Assembly (NCBI GenBank): GCA_012295275.1 | Contig: CM022670.1 | Span: forward strand, 37,572,001 to 37,636,000 | From: Chrysomallon squamiferum | Lineage: Eukaryota > Animalia > Mollusca | Direction: 5' to 3' | Length of the DNA: 64,000 nt | In this document: positions 43,936-58,046 of the stretch, one piece after another | How the letters are laid out: the number at the start of each line of letters is the position of its first letter | Numbering within the stretch: the first letter of the stretch is position 1 | Program-made: the position numbers and the translations under genes | Notes under the pieces: generated by a model | Database searches by the model: none | The model's input: the letters and a program-made list of their open reading frames with translations, nothing else | What the model was told of the DNA's origin: nothing

Positions 43936-44725
43936 TTTGAAGTGCAGTTAGAAATAACAGCATTTTGTACAGAAATCTGACTAATGAATGGACTTTTGTC
44001 TTGTGTTTTATCCATGGGAATTTTGCCCTGGATACATACTATGATATCAGCCTCTTGCAAAACTGCCACTTTTATTTTATTATTATAAAAATTAGCAAGT
44101 GTTGATGTGTCAAAATAAAAATTAAAATATAAAAAATGTCATTTGCTTCTAGTTATACAGAAAAAAAAGTATTTATTCTATTCATGCACACCTACTGCTG
44201 TATTTTAATCATGAAATTACTGAGCTGCTTTAAAGTCAATGTAGTAAGAGAATAAATAATTTTTAAAAAACGTAAATATTTGTATGTAACTGAATATCGT
44301 AACTTAAGTATACTTAAAATTAATTTAGAATCATTTCAGATTTCTTTTTCTTTGAATACACATATCCAAGTTACGCAATTTTCACAGCTCATGCAATTTG
44401 TTATGCTGATCTTTTGAATGTGATATTCTAAAACAATATTTGCTTTAAACTATTAATACTAATAATAATAGTATTATATTTAAACTAATAAAAGTTATCA
44501 AGAATCAAGTCTGTCTCTCACTCTTGTCTAGTCAGACAAATATTCAGTAAAACCTATGACAAAGCATATACCATTATACCTAAACAACGGATTAAACATT
44601 CCATAAATGTCTTTATTAAAGATATTACTAAATTCATATAATCCATGAAACTAAAAACAAAACAAAAAGAGACGATTTCTGTCAGCCCACTCATGGCCTC
44701 GTTATGATTAAAGTTTTAAACTTAC

Positions 44726-45000
44726 TTTCGAAAGTTTATTTCATATTGTTTTCCAGAGAATATTTCTGAAGATCCAGTGGCATAATCGATTAATTACAAT
44801 TTCAATGTCAGCACTGGGAACATTTTGTTTATATTCTATATGATATTTGGAAACACACACAGGTATTACTTTGAGATGATAGCACATGTATTTTGTTGTC
44901 AATTTATTAGCGCCCTCTATACTCCCGCCAAATGTTTCGGAAACTAAATCCTTAAAAACGGAAAGAGCCGAATAAGAAAATCAACACCGACCGCGCCACA
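44726..45000 (-). promoter_or_regulatory. Probable ORC1 promoter and first exon
   Basis: E2F-type site TTTGGCGGGA on the minus strand (44923-44932), a second GGCGCGG-like site ~44991-44997, tagcgccctcta ~44908-44919, local CpG enrichment; minus-strand donor gtaagt at 44725. E2F control of ORC1 is known in human and Drosophila. Confidence 0.65.
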
Positions 45001-45032
45001 CACATTTATAAGCCACTTAAGTTTACGATATT

Positions 45033-45063
<31 letters not shown>

Positions 45064-45112
45064 TTATTTTTATTTTTCTGTCAAAAGTCTCTGTCTCTCA
45101 CTCTCTGAGCTG

Positions 45113-45172
<60 letters not shown>

Positions 45173-46198
45173 TTATAAATGTGATATTTAAGAAACAATT
45201 TTCGAATATTATAAATACTAATTTAAAATGTTTATCTCTAAATGCCTAACTGATAAAGCACATGATATTATTTTTGAAAAATCGAGTTTCTAACTACAAA
45301 ATTTTCTTTCACGGAATTACATCTGTTCTATAAATTGGGTTGCTCATGTATGCTTGAGTGCAGTTATGCATTACATACTTTGAAATTTTAATTACCTCTT
45401 CAAAATCATGCTGTGTGTCTAGATTGCCTGTTACAGATAAAGAGGTTACATACAGATAAGAGAGAGAGAGCGATCCCAGTGAATTGGAGAAAGTGCGGTT
45501 ATAAATACAACGATCCAGAAATAAATTTATCCACCGGGAGAAATGTTTTGTACAAGATTTTACTCTTATCATATTACCGCTGCAAGTAAACACCGACAAG
45601 TTTTATCTTCTGTTGATCTGACTTATGGTGTCGTAATGTAAGATAACAGCCATCTTTAATTTTTCACACAAACAGAAAACAAACTTTTGAAACTTGCAAA
45701 ATGTGTAAGATTCTTTCTTTCTCTCTCTTTCTTCATACAGTAGCGATGCTCGATACATTGCGCTATTTTTAAGGTTCGTAAATGTTAACTTTTCAAATAA
45801 AACATTTCGTACATTACAAGAAAACCTCACAACTACAGAAAAATGGCGGACTAAAACATATTTAAACTAATCTTTATTTGGGATATTTCGTTATTAATTA
45901 ATACCGGATGGGTAAAAACAAATAAAACTTAACTAGGATTTATATGTAGGTATGTAGAATATTTAAGACTATTATTTTCTTCGTTTCACTAAAGTACACT
46001 TTAACATACGTCGTTATGGATGAGTAACCGTTTGTTCTGCTCCGTCAAATCGAGGATCTACTGTGTTTACTTATTTATTTATTTATTTTAATATTCTTTT
46101 AAAATAACGTTTATATTTTATTTATTAATATTATCTTATCTTATTTTATTATTCTTGTTCTGCAGCAGTTTAACTGACTTTTATATAATTTAATTTTA

Positions 46199-46229
<31 letters not shown>

Positions 46230-47116
46230 GTGATAAGAATTATACTATACTAACGCATATTAGATGTATACATGAATTATTAATATACTGCAAATATAGA
46301 TAGTAATACCAGAAAGACCTATACCGAAAATAAATCAACACTACATTTACGTTTTTTTTGTGTGTGTTTTTTTTTTTTTTTTTTATATTCGTGCGTTTAT
46401 GCAGGTTTCTCTCTTTCTGGGTTCGGTGTATTATCGTCGACTCCGCTACGAATGGAAAAACAAAAGTGGCTATAAAACCGAAAAAGAAATAAAATCTCCT
46501 CGGCTGGTTATAAATAATGATCATTCAGTTTTTTTTTTCAGAATTTAATTTACTTGTAGGTTTATTTCGAGTGCTTTTCTTCAGCTTTGATTATAAATCA
46601 CAACAGAGGCATCGACATGAAAAATAAATGGAACCTCGCATTGACTGACATCTGACTCAGACTGACGCTGTGTTGTAGACTGACTGTCTGTTGGAACTGA
46701 CAGACGTGGCGTAGTTACCGGACACAAAACAAAATCAACAAATCAGTTACCGCGGTACGCCACGTAAACAAGCCCGGTCTCGGAATAACTGCTCTGTTTC
46801 TATATTTAGACGATCGGGTTATTTGTATTACCAGCAGCAGCAGAGAACAAACAAATGCTAATCGAAATCGGAAAGAAAAAGGAAAAGAAATAACCGCTAT
46901 AAAAAGAAGAAGAAGAAAAGATCTGAAGGAAAAAAAAAACCCAGTATATTCCTATTTCTCTATCTTTCTCGCTCACCGATTTTGGCTTTCCCACTTCTCC
47001 AAGGCAGCCTTTTTCTATTTTTATTTCTTTATCTTACTTTTATTTTATTTTTTTTTTTTTTTTTTTCTATCTTTTCTCCTACTCCCAACCCCTTTGATTT
47101 GCTTAAAGCAGTACCA

Positions 47117-47297
47117 GATGCATCTGTCCTATAAATTAACTCAAAATTAATTTAAATAGCAAATTTAAAATAATAATATTAGCCATAAAAAAAATAACGT
47201 TAGTTTGCATCTGTCCTATAAATAAACTCAGAATTAATTTAAATAGCAAATTTAAAAAAAAAAAAAAAAAAAAAAAAGAATAACGTTAGTTTGCATT
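47117..47297. repeat. Tandem duplication, ~90-bp unit x2
   Basis: tgcatctgtcctataaat.aactca.aattaatttaaatagcaaatttaaaa...aataacgttagtttgcat occurs twice. Confidence 0.8.
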
Positions 47298-47492
47298 ACA
47301 TTATTATAAACAGATACACAAATATATACAATGTGTATGTATGTATTGTATATATGCTAGCATTTATGAATGTATTCTTTTATTATATCAGCATTGGCTT
47401 ATTTATTTAAATTATTGTTTGTTCGTTTGATTATTATCAAGAGGAACACAACTCAAACTTATTTTTTTTTTTTTTTGTTAACCGTCTCTCTC

Positions 47493-47528
<36 letters not shown>

Positions 47529-48149
47529 GAAATGTGGATCCACATCTATTATTGCTATTTACAGATTTACTGTTATTATTATTATTTTAATCTTATATAC
47601 ATTTTTAAAAGATGTTTATTTTAATAAAAATAATAATAACAACAACAACGACAACAACAACGACAACAACACCAACTGCATCAATATTATTAATAATAAT
47701 TACTACTAACGTTTCAACACTTCTATTACTACTACTACTACTACTACTACAACTACTACTACTGATGATGATTATCAATGATGATGATGATCAAATACAA
47801 TCATTACTATTTTATTGATCACTGTATGATTTTTAAAATCTCAGTAATTTCTTGTCAGTCTAATAATTTCTTATATGAATTATGAAGGCAAATAAACGTC
47901 ATAGTGTTTGCACCTATTTAAAAGATTTTAAATAAAATAAAATAAAATAAAATAAAATAAAAGGAGAAAATAAAAAGCAATCAATTATGATCGGTAACTG
48001 GCTGATATCGCGTGCTATCTTTCCGCTCGGAATAAGTTTCTTTCAAATGTTTTCTAAACATAGATATTTCTTGGTTTTCTCTCAACTCAAAATAACTTAA
48101 CATCCGTAACAGTAGATGAGCTGAGCAATTTCTTTCCCCTCGGCGAAGA

Positions 48150-48245
48150 ACTTCCTATTGGCTGAAGTTATAATCGCGGAATTCCGGTAAAACTCGTTCA
48201 CTATTTAATGTAGTGGCGTTAGGTTTGCGCATGTATTTTAGTATC
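48150..48245 (+). promoter_or_regulatory. Candidate core promoter of the KY-like gene
   Basis: Reverse CCAAT (ATTGG 48157-48161), TATA-like TATTTAA 48202-48208, Inr-like TTAGT ~48238-48242 about 30 nt downstream, CpG-rich context. Confidence 0.45.
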
Positions 48246-48274
48246 TCCGCAGAGAAGTTGTTAATTCAAATACG

Positions 48275-48946
48275 ATGGCGAAAAGACCAGAAATTGATGA
48301 CTATTTTCTTGGGGCCCAAGAAAACTTCAACGAACTCGGCCTCACCGTTAGCAATTATACGAGTCCAGAATTTAGTGTAGCTGATAACGAATGTGAAATC
48401 ATCTTTAATGCATCGAAACCGGTCAAAACTACGACTACACTTATTCAATGCCGCGACGAATCGAAAAATCTAGCCGAATACGTCTTCACGCAAAGGAAGG
48501 GAGAGAAGCTCTACTTTACGATCAGTTTCCCCGAATCAGGGTACTACAAGTTTCAGTTATTTGCTTTACCCGCGGAGGATGAAAGTAAGTCTCTGCCCAA
48601 CGTCTATAACTATCTGATCAAAGTGGAACGGGCCGTAAAAGCCGTTTACCCCTTCCCTAAGCAGTATGCTCAGTGGAAAGAGGGTTGTTACCTGTACGAA
48701 CCCCTCATCCTTAATTCTTCGTCTCGTCTCAGTAGAGTCTTTTTTAAAGTCTACATCCCCAACGCTATTAAGGCTGCTATTGTTGCTAACGGAAAAGATT
48801 GGAACCATTTGGAATTAAAGGGAGATAACTTTGAGGGAACCTTCGCTTTGGATCAGTACAGAAACAAAGCGGTCAAGATCACATTAAATGCTTGTTTCGG
48901 AAAAGGATCTAGTTCGTACCCTACCCTCTTGGAGTACTCTCTATAA
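48275..48946 (+). CDS. Intronless 223-aa protein resembling the C-terminal Ig-like domains of kyphoscoliosis peptidase / hillarin / LTD-1 family proteins
   Basis: Uninterrupted ORF with coding-like GC; motifs FLGAQ..F..LGL, YVFTQ...FTISFPESGYYKFQLFA...SLPNVYNYLI, PFPKQYAQWKEGCYLYEP, FKVYIPNA...W..L....FEG, terminal LLEYSL; no transglutaminase-like catalytic core seen. Confidence 0.78.
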   Translation: MAKRPEIDDYFLGAQENFNELGLTVSNYTSPEFSVADNECEIIFNASKPVKTTTTLIQCRDESKNLAEYVFTQRKGEKLYFTISFPESGYYKFQLFALPAEDESKSLPNVYNYLIKVERAVKAVYPFPKQYAQWKEGCYLYEPLILNSSSRLSRVFFKVYIPNAIKAAIVANGKDWNHLELKGDNFEGTFALDQYRNKAVKITLNACFGKGSSSYPTLLEYSL

Positions 48947-49221
48947 AGATGTTTGAAAAGATTCCTTGCATACTGTTTTACAAACAAACTTATTTTCGTT
49001 ACAAAGTTTATTAACATTTATTGTCCGTTGATATTATTTTATGATTATTCAACACTGTACTTGCAAGGAATTTTTGGGGATTCATATCTTTTTTTGAGAA
49101 GGTAAGATGTGTTTTTTTTTTTTATATTTTCGGACAGTGATAAACTACATACAGATATTTTTATACCATTAATGAAAATAATTATATTTTGTAAAATTAC
49201 TTGATTTGTGGAAGGGGGGGA

Positions 49222-49328
<107 letters not shown>

Positions 49329-50070
49329 GTAGATATTTTCAGGTTAAACTGGTTATCGATAACAAATATTCATTAGTTTTGAAATTTAAAATCCAGTCTC
49401 GTACAAGCCCTCCAACACCCGCCGCTCAACTCATAAAACATACTCGAGGACCAGTTGATTTAAAACTTTTATAGTGTCTAATAAATCTTTATAGACTAAA
49501 TCACAGTAAAAAAAAAAAATATATATTTTATTATTTTAATTTTGTTATGTTTATTGTTATTTGTTATTTAAATAGCAATGTAAATACACCCATTTTACCC
49601 AGCCGTGTTTTACGTCACATAAGAATAAAAATAAAACGTCTACACTTGGGTCTAAAACTCACGTCTATGCAAATAATTAAGACAACGCGATTTTATTTCA
49701 AGTAATTGTTTTAATGATAAAACTTACGTATATTTATGACAGTTACTTTCATAACACTTCGGAAGGAATAAATTCTGATTTTTGAAAAAATAATAATAAT
49801 AATTTTTTTTTTAATAATAATAATAAGATAAATAAATGATGCTGGTCTTCCTAATTTGTGTCAAACTGCAAACAGTTCCATAAATTTGTTGTTTTAATCT
49901 GTTACAGATATTTTGTATTACGTTCCCTATTAAAATTAGTTTATTAATTTCTAAAAATGCGATAGAGTAATTATGAAAAAAAATATCATGTAATTCTAAA
50001 CAAAAGTCTAATTATAAGTCTTATAATGCGGTTTGACAGTATACTTTACATTTTTATTCCCCATTAGAGT

Positions 50071-50125
<55 letters not shown>

Positions 50126-50550
50126 CTGGATACTCCACCGCACAAACTACATTTCATAAAAATATGACGTATGTAACTGACGACACATATAGTTGCTAAT
50201 GCTATTTGCAATGTCCACGCTAACAGTATTATTCATTTTTACGAATAACTCATGTAACCAGAGAATGGAGGACATATATCCTAACTTTGCAGTATATCAC
50301 CAAAAACACAGGTTTACGATTTCTCATTTAGCCCACGTCTGACATTCGAGCCCATTGTATTATTTATCACAGAGTAGTTTGTAAACATATCGTGTAATTA
50401 AAAACTTATCCCTTTTGTAAACACATCGTGTAATAAAAACTGATCCCTGGATTGTTATCTATTGTTAGGTCTACAAAATAAAATTTTATTATATGCAACT
50501 TTTAAAGTGGATGTCTACATAAGGAAAATTAAGGCACTAATCTTTTTTTA

Positions 50551-50648
<98 letters not shown>

Positions 50649-51744
50649 AGCCACAGAGATTTTTGAACGATAAAGATAGCAATATATGATTTTTCAGCAT
50701 ATTATGTTCTAGATAAAAGCTGAGTCATCTGAGATAAAGCAAGGATATCAACTTAAAAGTATCTCCAGTTCGTTCTCGTTTGAATCAGTGAAATGAAACG
50801 CGGGGGAAAAAAAAAAAAAAAAAGAGCAGCTGCAATCAAAATTTTATCAGCGTAGAGTGTAACCCTAAATTCCACGATGACTCATACCTTAGCAGTATAA
50901 ACCTCTTTTGTACCCGGCTGTCGCATTAAATGTAAATAGCGTCAAGCCATTAAGCAAATAACATAAGATAACTTGTTTGTAAAGGGTGGGACTGAGCGTA
51001 AATGAGGTGGAACATGTTTTTTTTATCTTTCTTTCTTTTTTCTTTTTTCCTTTTTTAATGGCAAAACCCCCACAAAACTGTTCTTTGTTCACAGATTCAT
51101 GACTTTATTACGTTATCTTCGGTTTTTCTGTAAATATTCTTTTCAATGGTTTAAGGTTCACGAAAACAGTGATTGTCATTACACGATCCATTGCTAGAAA
51201 TATGTTAACTGCCTGTTTAAAAAAAAAAAAAACAAAGAACCTTATTTCATGATCTTGTTTTCATGTTTCCTGGATGTAACTTCGAACTTTATTATTATTA
51301 TTATTAATACTGTTATCATTTTTTTCCTTTCATTTATTTATTTATTTATTTATTTATTTATTTTGGTTTGTTTATTTAAATCCACGTAGAGGTACAAATA
51401 CAGGACATTTAAATGAATTCTCCTAACACCGAAGTCAGAGGTCGGTGTGTATATATATATATATATATATATATTATTATTTTTCCAAAACCTTTATCAC
51501 CTTTTCACAATATTATTATAGTAATTAAAGAATATTCTATATAAACCCAGTTATCTCTTTGTTATATGGTGTCATACGCAAAACTATGAATCATAAAAAT
51601 GATGAAAGAGGAAACCATTCTTCCTTTTTCTGCAGGTTTCTGTTTAATGAGTGTAAGAAATCCGTTAGCGGTAAGGAATCTTTTTATATACACCTACCCT
51701 ATGGTTACCTGCGATAAACTAGTCAAGACTCACTGACAGTAATC

Positions 51745-51812
51745 GACCGAGGGGCGCAATGAAGAATCGAACCTGGGATCCACAATGTCTCCCTTAGCTC
51801 TACCCACAATGC
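51745..51812 (-). mobile_element. Degenerate tRNA-derived SINE head
   Basis: Minus strand: gtgggtagagc (A-box-like) ... ccaggttcgattc (B-box); not foldable into a complete tRNA. Confidence 0.45.
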
Positions 51813-51856
51813 AATACTCTGATTCCTCTGACTTAGGGAATGAAGACTGTATCATC

Positions 51857-51918
<62 letters not shown>

Positions 51919-53352
51919 ATTCGTCATTTTGATCATCATCATTATTATTACCATGATATTCCCTGTTGTAATAATATCTTTTACTTTAACATTAATACTC
52001 AGTTAAAATATACAAGCCGACTTAACATTATCTTGTTTAATATTTGGCAGATGAACTGTTCCTCTCGGATGGAAATTCTTTCTTTCTTACTTTCTTTCTT
52101 TTTTTTTTTTTTTTTTTTTAAAAGATAACAAAACATTGTTGAGAACTATCCAAAATAGTTTGCATTGTAGCATATAAGTTAGGAAGTCTTATTCGAAGTA
52201 AAAAAAAAAAAAAAAAAAAAAAAAATGGTACATTACGCGAGGCTAAGCTCTGAGTCGTTCATCTGGAATGTATTCTACACGGTAACAAACTTATTAAATT
52301 TGAACTTGTGCGAGTGCAGATATAATTCAATCGGTTCCTTTTTTAACCTCAGGCATTCTCTTGGTTAAAAAAAATAAATAAATAAATAAAGCACTCTAGA
52401 TAAATAAGCACGAACAACCGTATTCTTTCTTCATTTTTTTTTTTTTTTTTTTTTATATTTTTTAAATCTTCTTTTTCTCTGTAAATAAATTGCTTTTCCA
52501 TTCTTTCGCAAGTGTAGGCAGCTGCCTCTGCCAAGCATATTTAAAAAATGATGCAATTCCAGAGGTTTTCCGGTCCCGGGGTCTAGAACTGAGATGTTCA
52601 ACTGCAGTTCCATATGTGGCTTTACGCCTCCAACTGCAACGATAAGGTCAAGGTCTCCTCAGTTAGAGTTTAAAAATATCTGAAGAAAGATAAATTATTA
52701 TTATGCCGTCGAATTTAATGTATTTAATCACCTTTTATAATTATGTTTGTATGTATGTATGTATGTATGTATGTATGTACTGCCTATAACATTTTCTTTC
52801 CATTTTAAAAGTAAATGAATAGGAATGTAGAAAGAAAGGAAATTATCTGCCCTTACTCCTAGCGGCGAAAATATAGAACTTTATTAACGACGTAAGCGTC
52901 AAGGGTCTTTATGTTATTATTTATTTATTGTTGTTTAAACTATTTTATTTAACTTGTTTATTAGAGTCTTTACTTTTAAATATTACTCAGAATTAATCTT
53001 AAGAAAAGAAAAAAAGGAAATAAGTAACGATGTAACAAAAACTTCCCAGCCGAGTATCTTGATACAAACTATAAAGAAATCTGAAACATGAATGATGCAT
53101 TATGTATAATTTTTCATAATTGTTACGCCCTTCATATATCACTTAAAAGATATATTAGCATACATCCCGATTTTTAAATGATTTTTTTTTTTTTTGTTTT
53201 TTTTTTTTTTTTTTTAGCTCTATCAAAGGTTTCCTTGTTAATATTTTTAACAAACAGAATAAAACTGTGGGGAGAAGTAGAATATTTATATTTTTGGAAT
53301 ATTGTAAAATTTAGTGAATCAATCTAAGGTAGCATATTGAATGAACTGAATC

Positions 53353-53619
53353 CAGTGGTGAGCAGAGGTCTGGTGATGCCTAGGGCCAACTCCTTGACTC
53401 TATGCCCCAAAGACCCAAGTATAAGGCCTAGTATTGAGAAATATTATGAAAAAGGAAGATATTTTGAATACGTAAACACAGATGAAATATTAAATAAATA
53501 CTTTATTCTATTTAAGCATAAATCAACCAAATTTATTTAGTTCTCTTCTCTGATTGGATGCCCCCCCCATTTGTATGCCCGGGGCAACCTTCGCCCCCAC
53601 CACACTCTGCACGCCAAAG
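53353..53619. mobile_element. hAT-type MITE, 267 bp
   Basis: Imperfect TIRs cagtggtgagcagag / ctctgcacgccaaag and a perfect 8-bp target-site duplication actgaatc (53345-53352, 53620-53627). Confidence 0.8.
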
Positions 53620-54259
53620 ACTGAATCCAATTTTTTCACTTGCTTATGCTGATGGTGGTGAAATATACAGAGGAAACGTCTGTCAAAACTTTTTTAAAGA
53701 GAAATAAAGCAAAGATTAGAAAAGCGAAAGAAAAAGAGTGTGATGTATCACAGACAAAACGATAGAGATCTAAAAAAAAAAAAAAAAAAGAAAGAAAGAA
53801 AAAGATAGATAGATAGATAGATAGATAAATAAATAAATAAATAAATAAGAATAAAGAATAACATAAGTGTTGAATGCAAAATCTTATGGGTATGGCTGAT
53901 GACAGGCGGTCTTTGATTGCTGTTTATCACACTCACCAACACGTGCAGGCAGCGCACGCATTCCAGCAGAGGAAAAGAAGAAAAAAAAAAAAAAAAAAAA
54001 ACCGCTTTCATTTCAAGATTTATCTGCAGCATAGCATCTCGAGCAAGTTCGTCTGCCGAGAAAAAAATTTTTTTTTTTTTTCTTTCTTAAATCTAATTAC
54101 ATTCCTTTTTAAACTGTGAGATGAGGAGTTTCCCGTTTAAATTTGGTAGCCCACGGTTCATCTAGATTTAAGATTATTTTTTAACTTTAAAAAAAAAAAA
54201 AAATTGTAATTCGTTATTTAATTAAACCTTAGTAAGTGTTTTATGTTTAAAGAAAAATG

Positions 54260-54293
<34 letters not shown>

Positions 54294-55739
54294 TTTTTTA
54301 AAGTGTCTTTTCCGATCTGTTGATTTATGTATACTGGCTATTATATATTTTCAACAAAAAAATAAAAAATAAAAATGTATATTAAAAACGTTCAAAATCA
54401 CTTAACTAAAATACTCGGCATATCTGTGGCGTCTAGCTTGTCAGAAATCGGTGCCAGCCGTCACAAACTTTCCACCTGCTTCAACATTCCTGTACTAACT
54501 AACAGGGCGTATGTTAAGAGTAGCAGTATCTAAAAATTCTAGCTGATTAGCCAGGTGTTTTAGTCGATCACAAACTTCTAAATAGCTTTCTCGACGAAAA
54601 CGCTCTCAGGAACTTTTTTTTTTTTTTTTTTTATTGACTTTGCTTTACTGCATATTTCATTAAGGATATACAAATAACGTAAGCGTTTTGGATTAAACAG
54701 TCTACAAGATAGATACAGATATATATTGAAAACGTATCGCATTTTTTTTTTTTTTTTAAATTTTATTTCCCGTGTGAAAAATATAGAGAATATGGCTTCT
54801 TTTTTGTTTAATATTCTCATTTTTGATTTAGTATACATAGATATTATTTGATTGAAAATGCGCATGCGTCTAATATGGAATTAGAATCATTTATTGTTCT
54901 CGTCAGCGTAATGTGTTTTTTTTTTTCCTTATTGACTTCTTTTTCTTCAGTATTATTTTCTTCGCATCGTCTTCCTTTTCTTCTTTGCGAAATAAATGTT
55001 TGAGTTTGCACAATATCTGCACTTGGTAAAACGTCTTTGCCAATAAGCGTCAATGACCTCAAACAGAAAACAAGAAAAAAAAAAAAAAAAAAATGTTACT
55101 TCATATTTTTTATCATACTGCTGTCACTCATCTCTGATAAACACATACTTTTCCACTGACGTCAGCCCTCTCTTCTCTGAAGTTTTAACCGAACACATTT
55201 ACCTGATGCAACTGCTGCATACACTTTTGTATTTTATTACCCCATTTTTTAAATCACGATACATTAACTAAAACAAAAACAAACTTCTTGATGGTGATAG
55301 CTTTTTGTGTGTACCACTTTTCGTCTAGTTTATACATTCAAAAATAAAAAATTTACGATATTTAAATTCTTATTAGTAAATATAAATACAAAAATATAAA
55401 AAATTTTTTTTTTTTTTTTTTTTTTTATAATTTGAATCCATTAAGCAAATACAGAATAGCACAGTATATGAGAAATGAACCAGATGAGTTTTATCTGCGA
55501 ATAAAATTTTAGCTCCCGGTAGCTTCTGAAATCCATTTTGATGTCTTCTCCATCATTTAACGCCGCTGATAAACAGTGATAAATCTCTGTAGTGTTTACA
55601 GTAAATCTACATTAGGTATATCTGTATTTGTGTACAGTGATGATTTGGACAGCTGGGTTTCATTTCGAATGTTCATCGTGTCTGTTACTATTATTCATCT
55701 TCTTCGTTTTGATAAATTTATAAATTTTAATGACTTCCC

Positions 55740-55777
<38 letters not shown>

Positions 55778-56014
55778 TCTAATCAGTTAGCTTCTAAATA
55801 AATGCAAAGATGTTACTTTACTGGCAGTAATATGAAAAAAATAATTTAATTTTTTTTTTTTTTTGTTAGAATGACCTTTTCAGATGGTCGTAATATATTT
55901 GAATTTCTGTGTATTTAAATTTTTATTTATGTTATCTTTCTTTCTTTTTTTCTTTTTTTAATTTGTTTTTATCATTTAATAAAAATATTTCTTTGCATTT
56001 AATTTTAGTGTTTT

Positions 56015-56094
<80 letters not shown>

Positions 56095-57623
56095 ATATCA
56101 TCTTCCTTGCTTTCATAAAGATAAAATTGTATATATATAGTTTGACATGAGGAACGTTTTGGCATGTAGACCTGACATGCAGTTATTTTATAATTGCAAA
56201 TTTAATAAAAAGAAAACAAGCGAACAAAAACAGCGGATTTTCTTCGCCATAACGAAGCTAACGAAGAAACACGTTATCAAATTAACTAATTTAGATCGGT
56301 TGTCAGTGGTATGCCTCCAGAGTAAATAACTATCCATTAAAGTAGGCACTGAACGTTTGAAAGAAGCTATTAGTTCCAAAGCAGTGGTCAAACAAGCTGA
56401 AAGCGGTACGTACGGAGAATGAAAATAGAACTAATTTGCCCATTACGCAGAACAGATGCGAGATCAAACTCCCTTGTCAAGTGAAATAAACGTTAAGTTC
56501 GAACCAGACGTAAACTTGTAAATGTTGTTTACCGAAAATTTGACTTTGACTACCACGTTCGCTATTTGTGGCCGCCATTGTTTGACTGGTTTTCTGGCCT
56601 TAACGCCAAACGAACTTGATACTTCTGTAGCAATGAAATATACAAGTAAAAGAAAGTAAAAGTTTTGGGCGTCTGTATTTTGTAAAGTTTTTTTTTTTTT
56701 TTTTTTTTTGAAGAGAGAAGGTGTGTGTGATATTGTTGAAATTACAGAATACATTAACTTGGGTTTTGAAGATGCATAACGTAGTTGAAGTTATGGAAGA
56801 CATTAACGTGGGTGCAGGCTTTTCGTGGGAAAACGATACAAATAAAAATGTTAATGTTCTTTTGTCTCTCTGTGTTTTAATGGTTCTTGTTCGTGCGAAC
56901 GAAAGCATCTCTGCATACAGTGGTATCTAAGACACGGCTATCCAGAAAAACAGAGATTTGAAAGTAAGAAAAGGGTGAAGGCTATTCAGTTCTATTATTT
57001 CTGAAGCACTATTTACACCCATGAATACGTTTTGTCCCTTTGTTGTTGTTGTTTTTTTGTTTGGTTTTAGCATTGTTATCATTATATCTATTTTAAAAAT
57101 CTTAACAGTCTTTCTTAATTCATTTTATAATATGCTTTTCTCTTAATGTTTCCATTTACTTGTTTATTTTATATTCTCTTTTCAGATATTGCTGCAGCCA
57201 TTTTTTTTTTTTTTTTTTTTTACTCACACTTTTTTTATGGGTCCTACTTACTAGAGAAATTCATAAAAACAGATTAAAAAGAAAAGAAAAGATCATCCAT
57301 CATCCGTTCTGGCACACATTTTTCGAAACGATCCGACACCATGTGGAAGAAGTGTAGAAGAACATAGCCTAGGAATGCACTAACTCTGACAACTGTCTAG
57401 TGTTGGACTGAAGCCGAAAAATCGTCTCCTCTGAACACATATAAATCAGAATTCACTAGGTGGATAGATATACCATACAATCCTCTAAGTTAGACTTTCA
57501 AGCGGGAATCATGTGTTGTTAGCCGAAGATTGATGATTCAGTTTCTGGAATTCAGTCGCTGTCAGAAATATGATACTATGTAGTTGTTGTTTTTTTTTTT
57601 TAAATTTAATTTAATTTTTCTCT

Positions 57624-57655
<32 letters not shown>

Positions 57656-58046
57656 TTTTTATATTTTTTATAAATTTTTAAGTTTCTTTTTATTATTATT
57701 ATTTCTTTTATCGCAGATTGAAATGAACTGTTTATTAAATATTACTGGATGAAATAACCAAAATATATATAATGCATTTTATAGCTTTGTATACGTTTAG
57801 CAGTGTTAAACGCTCTTTTTTATCTTTTCATTGATAAGTTATTTTGTGTTATTGCGCTTCCTAATTCATATACAGAACATATTAATATTGTGCTTTTCTT
57901 TATATTGCTGATGATTCGTTTTGATAATCGAAATAGTTGATATGTAATTCATTTTATACTGTTGTTTAGCATTAATGTGTTTGCTGTATCTAACTGTAAT
58001 TGCTGTTGTGTTTTGTGTTAAAAACCGTACACTGTCCGAGTTTTAA

